From Podarcis filfolensis (lineage: Eukaryota), in the NCBI GenBank assembly GCA_964270895.1, contig OZ185440.1: a stretch of DNA of 64,000 nt; one strand, 5' to 3'. This document shows, one piece after another, positions 12,555 to 25,794 of this stretch. The first letter of the stretch is position 1. Each line of letters starts with the position of its first letter. A program made the position numbers and the translations under genes. A model generated the notes under the pieces. The model did not search any database and was not told where the DNA came from. It worked only from the letters and a program-made list of their open reading frames with translations.

Positions 12555-14781
12555 GATACATTAAACCAGTAGTATGATTCAGTGGGGTTCCTTCAGTGGG
12601 GTAAAGGAATAACATTCAGGAGATCAAGTCTTCCAAGTGTTTATATAGAATTATTGAGACCAAGATATTCCATCCCTTCACACATTGCTTCTTTGTTTTC
12701 TTTCTAATACACATCTTCCTTAACTTCGTATACACCACTCAGTTTCTTCCTTCTCCCTCAATTCTACAGGCAAATCATGGTTCTCCCAATCATGCCATAT
12801 GGGTTCACAGTCTAAGCTGAATGAGTGTAAAGACTGAGGCAATACCTGCACAGAAGCATGGATCGTATTGCATTGCACGTGCATGGAGTCTGTCCAAAGC
12901 AGCACAATTGTAGGTCTTCTAATAATAGCCTACAGTTATGGATCAGATTTTTAATAGCCATATTTTTTTTAGTATAGGTCCTACTTAAACTCCCATCACT
13001 CCTATTTCAGTTATTCATGGTTTTCATTCAATTGTTCTTTTATGACACTAATTTTGAGAAGGCTCTAATTATAGCTACTATTCTTCTTTTTCTTTTCTTT
13101 TTTTAAAGAAATGCCTAAATGCATACTCAAAGGGGCTTTGGAAGTGCACAAATGAGAATTAGTGATGTGATAAGCAGGCATCAAAAGCCTGCTGGGGCTT
13201 TTTCACTCACCAAATCTCAAATGAGAATTAGAATATTCAGATGCTAACTAGAGACCTGGGAAAGAAAATCAAATGAATAGGATTTTATATAAATAAAAGA
13301 TAATAGAGATATTTAATTGTGTGGATCGATGCACTGTGTCAAGTTATGCCACATTTTATCTTTGTTTCAACAGAGCTGTACTTTACTTGGAAACACTGTT
13401 TTTTATAGCACAAGGAGACTGGAAAATAAAAACGAGGAAGTGCTAATAATAGAATGTGTAGGAGTTAAATTGGTGAAGGTGCTGCAGAGAACTGCTTTGT
13501 TTTAAAACACACACATACAAACACACAGTTTCGACCCTTGTTATATTGTAAAATAGTTACATTATAACAAATTACACTAATAATGTATTTATCAATTAAA
13601 GCAGTACAGATTATAGAGACACACAGTATATAAAAAGCCTGTTCTTTTCAAGCCTTGGTTTTCTTTTTCCTTTTTAAAACTTTTCAGTCTGCTGTATATT
13701 TTTAGTAGCTGCCTCATATTATTGTTAATGCTTTGATTTTATTGCATTAAAATAGATTAAAAAATAGTGGGGCAGTGATTCATGAGTGGCATTAATACAC
13801 ACACTTCATTTGAGTGGAATTGTGCAGGGCATACCTGTCTGTGCTTCAAGATGAGAGAGCTGGCAGGGTCTCAAGGTAAAGTTAGCTGTGGTTGCAGAAT
13901 GTCTAACCTCTTAAGGGCAAACTCATTACCCTTGCCATTTCTGCACAAGCCTTCTTAAGGACCAGATATGTCACTGCTGTAGCGATTTTCAAGGCTAAGA
14001 ATTTGCTGTAGGATGCTTTAAATCCCTGCCTGATAAAACATTTAAAGACTTAGATGCTTTTTTCTTTTTCTTTTTTGCTTCTTTGCTCCCTATAAAAGCA
14101 TTTGTCCAATTCCCATTATTTACTATCCCTGTAATCTTTTTAATGCATTTTATGTGTTAGCATCACTTTCTACAACAGTATGAATAACGCCCTGTTTGGA
14201 GCGGCCTTAGGGCCAAACTACATACTACCTTAAGTGGGGCAGGGTGCAGCAAATTTGCTTCAGGAGAAAATAACTTAGAGGAGGATTTTGGACAGAAAAA
14301 CACAACAAGAAGAAAAGGGTTCAAATCCTCATGGTGTGGTCCTGATTGGGAACACACACACTCATCATCAAAGCTGGAATTTAGGAATGAGGCATGGTGG
14401 GTCCTAATTGTGTTTTTAACATACAATATACTTTGTACCATCAATGTAGTCAGGATTTGGGGAAGGGGGGCAGAACCAAGTTATCTGTGATGCAATCGGT
14501 CAGTTAGTTAAACATTTTTATTTATTTTCTTGATGGGGGGGCAGCTTCCTCCCTGCGCCCCCCAGGCTATGCCCATGTTTTGTCCCTGAAGTTTGCATGT
14601 CTTAGGAACAGCACTCATCTTCTACTTTAAAATTGTTTTTAAAAGTTGAGTATGTTAATTAATGAAAGGAGAATACTGCTAAATGAAGTGCAAAAAACAG
14701 TGTTCAATAAAAGTTCCTAAAATTAAGTAAAGGAAGAAAACTGTATAAAAATGAGCAATGTTTTTAGAAGTACTTAAAGGT

Positions 14782-15143
14782 GGCACTGTGGTCTAAACCA
14801 CTGAGCCTCTTGGGCTTGCCGATCAGAAGGTTGGTGGTTCGATTCCCCGCGACAGGGTGAGCTCCTGTTGCTCGGTCCCAGCCCCTGCCAATATAGCAGT
14901 TCGAAAGCACGCCAAAAAGTGCAAGTAGATAAATAGGTACCGCTCCGGTGAGAAGGTAAACAGCATTTCCGTGCGCTGCTCTGGTTTCGCCAGAAATGGC
15001 TTAGTCATGCTGGCCACATGACCCCGAAAAACTGTCTGCAGACAAACGCCAGCTCCCTTGGCCTGTAAAGCGAGATGAGTGACGCAACCCCAGAGTCGTC
15101 TGCGACTGGACTTAACTGTCAGGGGTCCTTTACCTTTACCTTT
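14782..15143 (+). mobile_element. Sauria SINE, slightly 5'-truncated
   Basis: tRNA-like head with B-box ggttcgattcc, typical body and (ACCTTT)n tail. 8-bp TSD TTAAAGGT (14774-14781 and 15144-15151). Confidence 0.93.
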
Positions 15144-15426
15144 TTAAAGGTCATTGCTTTCTCTGCCTAATGTATTTCCAAGTAAGAGGATTTCTCACCT
15201 TCTCCCCACTATAGGCCATAATGTCTTCAGGCAAATGCCTGAATAGGCCTTGTGTTGAGTGGGATTTGTTTCTAAGTAGGTGTGCATAGGATTGCAGAGT
15301 TAGCCATATAACTTTTTTCCTCCCTGCCTTTCCATATCACAAACATTTACACTCACATAATTCCTTATCTTTCTTTATCTTCTTTTTAGCTCTGCTTTTC
15401 TTATCCCAGTACACCTAATTTCTCCC

Positions 15427-15427
<1 letters not shown>

Positions 15428-15466
<39 letters not shown>

Positions 15467-15540
15467 TTATTATTTATACCCTGCCCATCCGGCTGGGTTT
15501 CCTCAGCCACTCTGGGCGGCTCCCAACAGAGTATTAAAAA
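15428..15540 (-). mobile_element. L2-type 3' tail ending in (AAT)13
   Basis: (AAT)13 at 15428-15466 abuts ttatttataccctgcccatccggctgggtttcctcagccactctgggcggc. Confidence 0.75.
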
Positions 15541-18483
15541 CTATCTCCCTTCATTGTTTTTTATGTTTGAAATGCTTTGTACTGAGAAAACCCAGTGGAT
15601 ATTTTGTTTATTTCTCCCTTAGTAATTTATGTGAATTGCTTGCAAAATGGTTACATCATTTATGATTGCACTAGCAGGGCTTTTTATCCATATATTTTAG
15701 GGCTTACCCCAATTCATTTTTGGTTTGTCTTGAGAAAAGTGGTTGCAATTCTCTATGGTAAATTTCTCTCAGATTTAGCTTATTAGAGAGAATAAACATT
15801 TTGTACATTCTCTTGTAACCATGAAAGTAGCTATTATGTAGACCAATATTATACTCAGCTGACTATCAAACAGAATTTGCAGTACTTGGTTGCTTACATA
15901 TTAAAAGATTAAATCTGCAATACCTAAAATGTTGTGCTGATATCTTTGGACATAGTTTTCACTGGGACAGTTTGTTTGATGTCACAGCCTTAGGGTGATA
16001 TCTGACTAAATCATACTTGGAGTAAACATGAGTAACCATCGTGTGCAACTCTTAGTGTTAAATTAAACATAGGTCTTCATTCACAATTGCTGTGAAAGCT
16101 TCCTGTCAAGCAATCTGTGTGTACCAAATTATTATTTAAGTATTCCTGCCCTATGTACTGATTTAAAAGCATGGAGCATTAGTGTCACATAGCCCAGGGG
16201 GTAGCTCACACCAATGTGAAGCTGTTCAGACGCTAAACTGGCACATGCTGAAGAGGCATTTAAGCATTATCCTTGCTAAATGGATTGCATGGACAGGGAA
16301 GAGGTTTTTGGTGGGAGTCATGGTGGGAGTAGCATCTTATGTGTCTCTTTGTTACATCAAGCAGGCAGTGGCCTAATTACAAAATCTTTAGCACTTCAAA
16401 CACCTAGAATTCAATACATTAAGCAGCAGGTAGTGACAGACTGCTGCAGTGATCCAAGATGCGATCATCACTTACAAGCAACAAGGGCTTGAAGTTTAAC
16501 TCTTGGCCACTTCTTTGAAAGTGTTTCAGGATAAAGTCTTTATAGTAGGATGAACAGTTATGTTGGGAGAAAAGGTCCACCCTGTGTAGTCTTGTCTATA
16601 ATAATGCTTTTGTATAATCATATAGCTATATAATATAATTTGAAATCAATTCACTATTACTCACATATTTGCCATTGGGATACAGTAATGGCTTGCAAAA
16701 CGTATTTCTTTGTAAGTAGCCATACTCCTAAAACAGAAGGCTGCAATTTAAAAATAAATTATCATCAGTTGCCTGATGTGGGGAGTTGCTGCTATATAAA
16801 CTTTTTAAAATACAAATATTTTAGTGGTTGAGTTTATGGATGGTCTTAGTAGCCTGTCTTCATATGCTTCAGAATGTTTTGGAAAATAAAAACACCTTTT
16901 ATTCCAGACAGAAGGCTCTATTGTTCATAATGCATTTTAAATTCACATGTAGCGTGCCTTCTACTACTTTTTACAATGAGACCCATGTGTAATTCAATGG
17001 CTATCAGAGCCAATGACTGTAATCAGTGGCTCAGCCAAGCCTCACAACAGAAAAGGATATAATGGGGAACAAAATATATTGAAAACATGGTTATTACATG
17101 CTTTCCACTGCCCCCCGGCTAAAATTCACTTGCTAAAAGAGTTCCTCTTTGATTTATAGTGATTAGATCCAATTTAAGTTGTTTGGGATTAAGGATTCCC
17201 CTTCCCCCCACTTCCTAGATTGACCTACCATTTGCCCATTCTAAAGGAAATGATAAGGACTGAATATTGCTCTCTTGCATATGACATGACAGCCTATATT
17301 CATTATGTGAATGATTAAAATTCACCCAGGTATACAATTTAAGACAGGGTAAGCTGACTTTTCCTGTGTACTATAATCATATGAAGACATTGTGCATACT
17401 TGGGAGCAGTGCCACAACGATAAAAGCTCAGTGCAACTTATAAGTCGGTGTCTTGAGCTAGCAACTGATGTGTGTGGGGGTGTTTGGGTGTAAAAGGATC
17501 TAAGTAACTGGTATCCCTGTAAAACAATTAGGAAGCTGGAATTTGAGGTGTCCATCTTCCAAGAGGGAAGGAATACATGCTGGGGCACTTAAGAGGGCAT
17601 GAGGCTTCCAAGGGAACTGAGGAGTAGTTTAACTGAAGAGTAGTTCAATTGACTATTTAATTACTATTAAATTGACTTATTTGTTTATTTAACAGCATTA
17701 AGGTGCATGTTGCATTACAGGGTACAAGAAGTTAGATCCCTGCCTTGTGGAGCTTAAAATTTAGAAAAGTTCACTGGGTACACAACAGAGGAAGAGGAAG
17801 GAAGGAAGTTGAGGCAGAAACAAACGGAAAAAATATGTGATGGGTTTGTTTATATATTGTTATAGGCTACCCCAATCTCTGCCAAGTGGTGCAAAATTCC
17901 AGGGGTCTTGGCACTTTACTAGGTGTTGCATTTCCTTTGGAATGAGGCACAATGTAGACTGTGGTGTCTTTAAGATATATGGTTTCATTTACACATCTGA
18001 GTCTACTGTGCAGACAGGTCAGAGCATTCACATCTCAAGAGGGAGGGAGTGCAGCATTAGATTCCAGAGTAGCCAGAATGCCACCTCAGTGTCTCTGACC
18101 CAGCTTGTCTCAGCCAGCCATTCCAAGAGTTCTGCCTTACCCCCACTTTCCAAGCCTCTTGCCATGATTTTTCCTGCAGACTACGTCACTGTCCACTGCC
18201 AACCTGGAACTCCCCCTCCCAGTTTACACCATCCAACGCTGAAATCCTAATCCCGGCTGTGGTCTCTGCTCAGCATTCCCTCATAGGAGGAGGGACTCAC
18301 ATTCCTCTGCTGCCCAACTTAGGGTAACTGTTTTGCCCATTATCTTTCTTTGTACTACATGATTCTTCTCTCCAGCTCTTCTTCTCAGCCTGCATTTTTA
18401 CACTGTTAACCTGTCTGGCACCCAGGTCAAGACACCCAGCATTTAGTAATTCCAAATATTTAGTAATCTTTGCCATTTGCTAA

Positions 18484-18730
18484 TTATGGATGCCTTTGCA
18501 CCCACGGAATCCACAACCAGGCATCAAGGGCAGCAAGGGACAAAGGACTGTGTCTTTTGAGAGAGAAGGAGGTGCTGAGGGTGGTGCAGCTGAAGCAGGG
18601 AAGGCTATGTGCAAATAAATATTGGTAATTCAAGACCAGAGAGATGAAGGAAACAAGGCCATGGAGCGATTTGAAGCTAACAAGGAGCTTGTGTCGAATT
18701 CTAGGAGTGCACAAGAAGTCAGTGTAGGAG
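18484..18730 (-). mobile_element. Ancient L2 RT C-terminal fragment
   Basis: Peptide RIRHKLLVSFKSLHGL...SLAALDAWLWIP resembles L2 RIxFKLLxLxFKALHGL...FSxAAPxxWNxLP. Confidence 0.6.
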
Positions 18731-20127
18731 TTTTATTGGAATACTGTAAAGTGTTCCAGTTTTATGTTTCGTTTATCTGTGTAAGCCACCTTGGGATTAC
18801 TTTGACCAAAAAGGTGGCACACAATTTCTTACATACACACTTTACTAAGATTTTGTTAAATGCTCTCTTATGTAATGGTAATTCTTTTCTAGAGGCTTCT
18901 ATCCTCCTCTTACTTCTGTGGGAAGAGATGAAGGGAGTGAATGCTTACTTCCCCCATTACTCTCCATGATGGAGGTGGCCTAAAAACCATTCTGTGCAGA
19001 TCGCAGTACAATGAGAGGCTAAGTCTCTGTCATTTCTCACCACTTTTCTGAAGTGTGGGGAGAAGAGGAATAATAGCTTAGCTGAACACCCATCTGCTCA
19101 AGACACAAATGAGCCTCTAGGACCTCTCAGAAAACAGACAGAAAACATCCCCATCCCCATAAAACACCTTACTAAAAAAGAAGAAGAAGAAAAGTGAAAC
19201 TGTACTTTTCCCTTGCAGACTTTAGTATGTGGTAACTGAGCAACTGAAATTTCTGTGACAACATCCTGGGATTTTCTTTCCTCCATTATGAGACTGGTTA
19301 TAATTTGCCACCAAACTACAGTTTTAGCTACAAAGCACACTTTCTAGCATCATTATCTGAAAGCTAATAGCCTAGTTCACAAAAAGGAGACCAGCGATAT
19401 AAGTTTTCTTAGCCATTAAAGTGCTATTCACAATCCTTTCAGAAATCACTATTTTATTTTCAGAGTGATACAATATTAATGCCTATCCGCAGAATGAAGA
19501 GAGCTATCCCAATTCACACAGAAACAATTTGCTTCATTAAATTTATATTACATAACTATATGGAGGAAGGAGATACACTAAGTTTCCATATCTACCTATA
19601 CTACCTATGTCTGCTTACTGACATGCTCCTATTTATTTACTGGGTCTGACCTTGAAGAAAGTGGCCAGTGAGTTGTCCAATATACACTGAAGTAAATTTG
19701 TTCTTAGATTCTTGAATCAAAGGAAATAGCTTCCTGCCTGGAAGGCACTCATAAGATTAATTATGAATGAAAGTAAGAGATTCAAATGGTTCCTCTCTCA
19801 CATGGGAAAGGATTTATGCCACTGCTGAATAGTAAATGATAATTATTGACTGACTTCACAACTGAGGTCAAAATCTTGAATAATATAATCCTTTTTTCAA
19901 TCAACTATGCAAGGAAGTGGATGCTACCTTAATATTTCCTGAGAGACGTGATACAGCTAAATATTTCTGAGCCATATAAAAAGGTAGAAAGAATTGCAGA
20001 ATTATCTAGGATACTTTGGGTTCATTTTTGCCTAATCAATTGTAATTTTGCAAGAATCACATGCCAAGGAGAGCAAAGTATGATTTATAGTTGTTTCTGT
20101 TTGGCGATATGCAGGCAATTTGTTTGC

Positions 20128-20260
20128 TAGTGCACATGCTTTGTATTCAGAAGGTCTTAAATTCAATCCATGGAGAGTCACTACCAGTCAATGCAGACAG
20201 TACTGAGTTGGACGGATCAATGGTCTGATTCAGTGTTAGGCAGCTTTGTATGTCCCTATG
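20128..20260 (+). mobile_element. Decayed squamate tRNA-derived SINE
   Basis: tgctttgtattcagaaggtc...ttcaatcc...gacagtactgag...atggtctgattcagtgttaggcagct...atgtccctatg. Weaker relics at about 23560-23740 (+), 37550-37635 (-) and 54648-54725 (+). Confidence 0.55.
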
Positions 20261-21214
20261 TAATTATAATCCCATCTCCATCCATACCTCAGTTTCCCAA
20301 CAATTTGAACATGTGATCTAAATGCGGTGCTTTCTTTGCATACTCTTTTGTTCTTTTCTTTATCCTCTCTGGTCTTATCCAGTCTGGTTTCCAACTTTTC
20401 TGAATAAAACTGTTGTTTACTCAGGTTTCCAGTTATCATCTTCTGAATATGGAATAGTTCTTACTAAAAGAACTAACCCCTTTTTGTTTTGGCAAGCCTA
20501 CTCAGGCATGTAATTTTAACATGTAATTTTATTATGTATAATCATTTTTAAATTGTATTTTGTATTTATTTCTATTTTGATATAATTGTATGTCAACTTG
20601 CTTTTAATATTTGCTCTAATCTGTATCTAAAAAAAATGAAAATTTGTTTATTTTTATCTGTATTCTTAATGAATATTTTAAATTTGTTCTTTGTAAACCA
20701 CTTGGAGGTTTTATATCAAGTGAGCAATATAAAAATGTAATTTAAAAATACATGAAATAGTAAACTGTCTGTGGTCTCCACCACTTCAGACAGCTGTAGG
20801 GGCTGCAATTGCACATACCGAAAGTTCTTCATGCAAAAATAATAATGAAAACCTGACACACGAAGAGCTAGATTTCAGGGGAAAGGTAAGTGCCATGTTC
20901 TTATAAAATAAGTTCTTTTTAAAGTTGTCTCACTCACATCATGCAGCACAGATAATCAGTTGTTGGAAACTGGTTTACTAAAATAACAATTGTATCCAAC
21001 TGAATCATTGCATGCACAAAGTGACTTCTGCAAGTGCAACAGAACTTCCCCTCCTCCTCCTCCTCCTTTCACATGCCTCCCCCCCAAAAAACTACTATGG
21101 GTTTCTTCCCAAGCAGATATGGGGACAGTGCGGGGGGCATAGGGGGTGGGGAATAAAGGGGAGGAAATTCTGTGGGGCTTTTGGAAATTGCTCCCCACGC
21201 AGAACAATTCAGTT

Positions 21215-22471
21215 CAGGGGTCCTCAAACTGTGGTCCGTGGGCCAAATCCGGCTCGCCACGTCCTGAACCCGGTCCGCCCGGCAATTGCAGAGCCCGCTG
21301 CTGTCTTAATGGGTCTATGGCGAAAGGAAGTATGGCGTCCCGTGCACGAGTGCGACCTCTGTATCTGGTGTCCGTTGATACCATGAGTGGTTGGTTCATT
21401 GGTTGCGGGGTTGGGGGGGGCGATGCATGCGTAAGAGGAGGGATGATGCGATCCTGCACACGCGCAGCAGGCGGGCTGGCGCTTTTGCGTTCTCATCTCT
21501 CTGTGGTCCATGACTGAGAGTTCCTTCAGCTGTGCTGCGTAAGGTGAGTGACTTGGGTGAGGCAACTGCGAGGGGGGGGAGGTTGGCTGCCCCCCTTTTT
21601 CTTTTCAGCCGTTACGCTCTGAGGCAGGACAGGGAAGTGGCCGTTTTGGGGCCAGGGAGCCTCATTCTACTGCCCAGCAGAGCAGATGGGAGGAGGCCCT
21701 GCCTCAGGATTGAGACTGGCAGGTGCTGAGGCATCTCTCCTCCAGCCTCCTTGGTCGGGGGTCATCCAGCAGTTGTAGGAAAAACCAGCAGTTGCATTCC
21801 CAAACAAAACATGTTGATTTACTAGAAATGTTGCAAAAGGAGTTTCAAATCAGATTTAAAGAGCTTCATCTCCATGAACAGGACATACAGCTTTTCCGGA
21901 ACCCATGTTCTGTTGATATTGAAATTGTTGATCCGATTTACCAAATGGAATTGGCCGAACTACAGAATTGTGACTCTCTGAAAGACGCATTCAAATCAAG
22001 CAGCCTCACTAATTTCTATGCATCTCTTCGCTCTTGAGACATAATCTCAATTCTTAATCTCAGGAACCATGCACTCAAAATTGCAACCATCTTTGGCGGC
22101 ACCTATGTCTGTGAACAGACTTTTTCCCGAATGAAACATCTGAAATCTCCAACCACATCCAGACTAACTGGTGAACACTTGCATCACTTGCCACGACTAG
22201 CAGTGACAAATATGGAACTGGATATTGACCATCTCATTAGCCAAAAGCAGAAATATACTTCCGATTGAAATACTTATAAGTTTATGTTGATTAAAATTGT
22301 TTTTCAATTTAAATATTGTATTGTTTTTCCTGTTTTTTTTGTGCACCACAAATAAAATATGTGCAGTGTGCATAGGAATTCGTTCATATTCTTTTAAAAC
22401 TATAGTCAAGGCTCCAACGATGTCTGAGGGACAGTGAACTGGCCCCTTTTTAAAGAGTTTGAGGACCCCTG
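21215..22471 (+). mobile_element. Internally deleted hAT transposon, Charlie/OposCharlie1 (OC1)-like, 1257 bp
   Basis: 16-bp TIRs CAGGGGTCCTCAAACT. 8-bp TSD ATTCAGTT/ATTTAGTT (7 of 8 match). Carries a transposase C-terminal remnant. Superfamily is certain; the family name is from memory. Confidence 0.92.
21805..22268 (+). pseudogene. hAT transposase C-terminal remnant (dimerisation domain), frameshifted near 22035
   Basis: LQKEFQIRFKEL...QMELAELQ...NFYASL, then in another frame LRNHALKIATIFGGTYVCEQTFSRMKHLKSPTTSRLTGEHL...TSD*. Confidence 0.9.
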
Positions 22472-23899
22472 ATTTAGTTGGATACAACCCATTGTTTGTA
22501 CAAGCGGGGCTGGCAAACAAATGTGTGAAGGGTTTTAGGGACTTCGCTCCACTCCCCCCCTTGTTTTATGCCCTCCCCAATATTCAGTCAGCATTCTATG
22601 CCAACTGAACATGCTCTCTGTTTTTAGGGGTTGGGGTACATTCTTTGGGTTTCTCTCTGAAATTTTCTTTTACTTTTTGGTACTTCCAGAAACCTTGGGG
22701 TTCCCCCAAGCTCGCTGTTACCTTCATCTTGTGTGTGGTGCCATTTTAGGTACAGAGGGACCAGTACTCAGAGAACTTAGCTCTCTGTTAGTGAGAGCTA
22801 AGTGGATGAATCCACTTACTTCACATTGCCAGCTCTCCATTAAGAACAACTTTTTGACATAATATTATTTAATTTAACTGCTTTCAGTGGGCAGTAGTTC
22901 TCTGATCCCAGTCGCCAGAAATATTGTTAATAGCTGCTTCTACTGATATGTTTTTGGTCTGTGGTCAGAGAGCTTCACTTTTTTGGTGGTGGTGGGAGAC
23001 CTAAAGCATTCTGAAATGATACTGAAAATCATTTGCTGAGCGATAAGAATTTTTCCTATCTATAGCCTGCCCATATAGAAAATTCTGTAATTGTACTAGA
23101 CATACTTTGGAAACTTTCCCAGAGGAATAATAGATAAGTTAACAGAGCACTTTTTAATTCTGCAAAGTGCACTCTTCCTTATAATTTACTTAATATAAAA
23201 ATTTAATGTACTGCAGTTTACTGAACAAATTGCATTTAAAGTATTTTAGAGTTAGCAAGGGAGTTCTGCTTTGGTGCCCAGTTGGACTTTATGATTTGAT
23301 TATCCAGATAACAACAAGCAGTAACAGAGTTCTCTCAATAAGTGGGTATGGAGATTGTCTCTCAGTGATGTTACTACTAAAGCAGAATTAGAATCCATAA
23401 AAGCAGGAAGAAAATTGTGCATGTCATGTGTGATTTCACACACTTTGGCTTAGATTCCTAAGGGAAATTCCATATGACTAAAGTCTTTTAGAGATATTCC
23501 CTTTGTTACCTCTTCCTCATCCTGGGACCAGATTTGAGGGAGGGGTTTCAACAGTAGTATTATATATAGTTTCATGCAGAGTGTGATATTCCAGTTCAGT
23601 CCCTGGCGTCTCCATCTAAAATGCTCCCAGTACCATAGCAGGCTAGGGGAGACCTCAGCCAGAGATTTTGAAACACTACTAACAATCAGTTAATGTATAG
23701 GCTAAGTAGATCAATGGGTGGAATTGGTATTAGACAGTTTCAAATATTTAAATAAATGGGTCAGTGATTAGGCACTTTGGCAATGTTTAAGACGGGGAAA
23801 GTACTGTAGGTTGTTGCATTATGAATGGATAATCCAGTTTTTCCCCACTGGTAATAACTATATTACTTAATACTTCATTCAGTGAGTATACTAGTATAA

Positions 23900-24170
23900 T
23901 GTTGAATTTACTCCAGGGCAATGTTTCCCAACCTGTGGGCCATATTCCAATGCGGGTTGTAAAGCCTGTCTAAATGGCTCACAGGCTTTAGAAGTAAACC
24001 CCAAATAATTATTGGTTACAATCCTTAACTGGTATGATAAATACCAACTTTGTTTTGTTGGCATATTATAAAGCTGTATTGACACTTGTAACTGATCATC
24101 AAAAAGTCTGAATTTTAACATTCGCAAACTGTTCTCTGGAGGCTGGCAGCAGAGCTGGTCATAGTTCACC
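23900..24170 (-). mobile_element. Possible ancient non-LTR RT fragment
   Basis: FDDQL...NYLGFTSK...RQALQPALEYG weakly resembles the CR1/L2 'LDSKL...LYKALIRPxLEY' region. Confidence 0.3.
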
Positions 24171-25633
24171 GCAAATTGCTCACCATCAGAACTGAGCTGT
24201 AGTAGTAATTCAGAACAATACCCTGTACAAGCACCTTGTGGTGAACCATCACTGGATCTGCCAACGAGATTAGTTAATAGTTAAGCCAAGGGTGATGGAG
24301 GTTTGCTTAGTTGAAATAAGGAATAATATATCAACATTACATATCAATAATTATGTGAGACTATCTCTGACAACCATCAAATCCTGCATTGACTTCCCTA
24401 TTGGCAAAATACAAGTCCAGGCACCCCATTGATACTTGCTAAAATGACTTTATCATGAATTAAACTATAAAAGATAGCCACAGTTAATTATATCTAACAC
24501 TGCTCGTTTAAGCATTTGTTTTTTGAATACATTGTTATAGCTTATGAAGCAATATTCTGCAATCATATGGTTGGTGTACTTACATTCCCATAAACAAAAC
24601 TGTGAATAACTTTGTAAGTACTATAAATATTTCAACAAATTCCACATGAATAGGGATGTTAAATATTTTTCTGTTTGGATGCCTCATGTAATGGCTGTGA
24701 AATAGGCAAACACATAGTTAAAAATTAAATGCAATGTCTACCAGAGACCCACGTTCCAAAATTCATGTGTCAATAAAGTGATGAATCATCATACCAAGTA
24801 CATCTAGACTTGTGGGTCACCATCAAAAAAAGTTGGGAACTCTTGCTCTACAGAATGCCTTTGACAAAATAATTATTGGTGTTTGTGGCATTTGTCAAGT
24901 GTAAAAGGCCTCTACAAAGTACATGTGTGTCTTCGTTGACACTCAAATAACAGCAGTTCCATGTACAGACAGTTGTTTCAGTGTCTGTCATTTCCACTCC
25001 TAGTCACATAGCCTCCATCCTACATCAGACCTGTTCCTAATGCATATGCCCTAACCTGGTGGTTTAAGCATAACTGTAGGCCAAGAGCCCAACTTTGTAT
25101 CCTCTTTCTTTCCCCCATATTCTATTCCCTTCCTTTCACTTGTCATTCATTCTCTGGCATCATTGATGTATAGAAATAGGCATTTGCACTTACCTCATTA
25201 ACTGTAATAGATGGCCAAGGGATCTTTAGGCTGTTAAAACTTTAGGAAAGTCCTGTGCACATTTGCAGCACAGGGTTCTCTCCTGCAGATTCCCAGCTTG
25301 GCAGCATTTCCAGGAATGTGCATGACATCACATGTTACTGTCTGGTCCCATAGGCATGTCAGGAAGTTCTGCCACACTGGAGAGCCTCAGGCCACTTGAG
25401 CACTCATGGGGTTTTTCTAAAGTTTCAAGCGCCATAAAGACCTCTCAGTCACTTCATACACTTAATAGGCTAATTAACTCATATTAAATAAGTTAATTAA
25501 TCTACAGTTAATAAGGCAAGCACAAACCTACCCTCTTCAAGGACATCTTCAATATCCCCCCATCCCAGTCCTGATCCAAAGGAAATTGATTGCCTAAGCA
25601 AGATGTAAATCAGTAGGCCTCAAGTTTCGGAAC

Positions 25634-25794
25634 AGGGCTTATCCACAATTGCTATTTGTTGCGCTTCAGCTTTAAAGAGTGGCTTTTTGTGGGGAAAGCT
25701 CTGGGGTGAAAAAAAAGGTACTTGGGCAGGAAACTTTAAAGCACAGCCCCGTGCCCAGAACCTGCAGGGCAAAAGCTAAGTGTGGATAAGCCCT
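25634..25794. mobile_element. MITE with 14-bp perfect TIRs (PIF/Harbinger-like)
   Basis: AGGGCTTATCCACA (25634-25647) and TGTGGATAAGCCCT (25781-25794). TSD not clean. Confidence 0.65.

Noticed and set aside
12403-12615. ORF with poly-Arg
   Set aside because: This is a translation of the CTT/CCT tract.
17837-18250. 137-aa ORF
   Set aside because: No recognisable homology or exon context, and it starts at a non-ATG codon.
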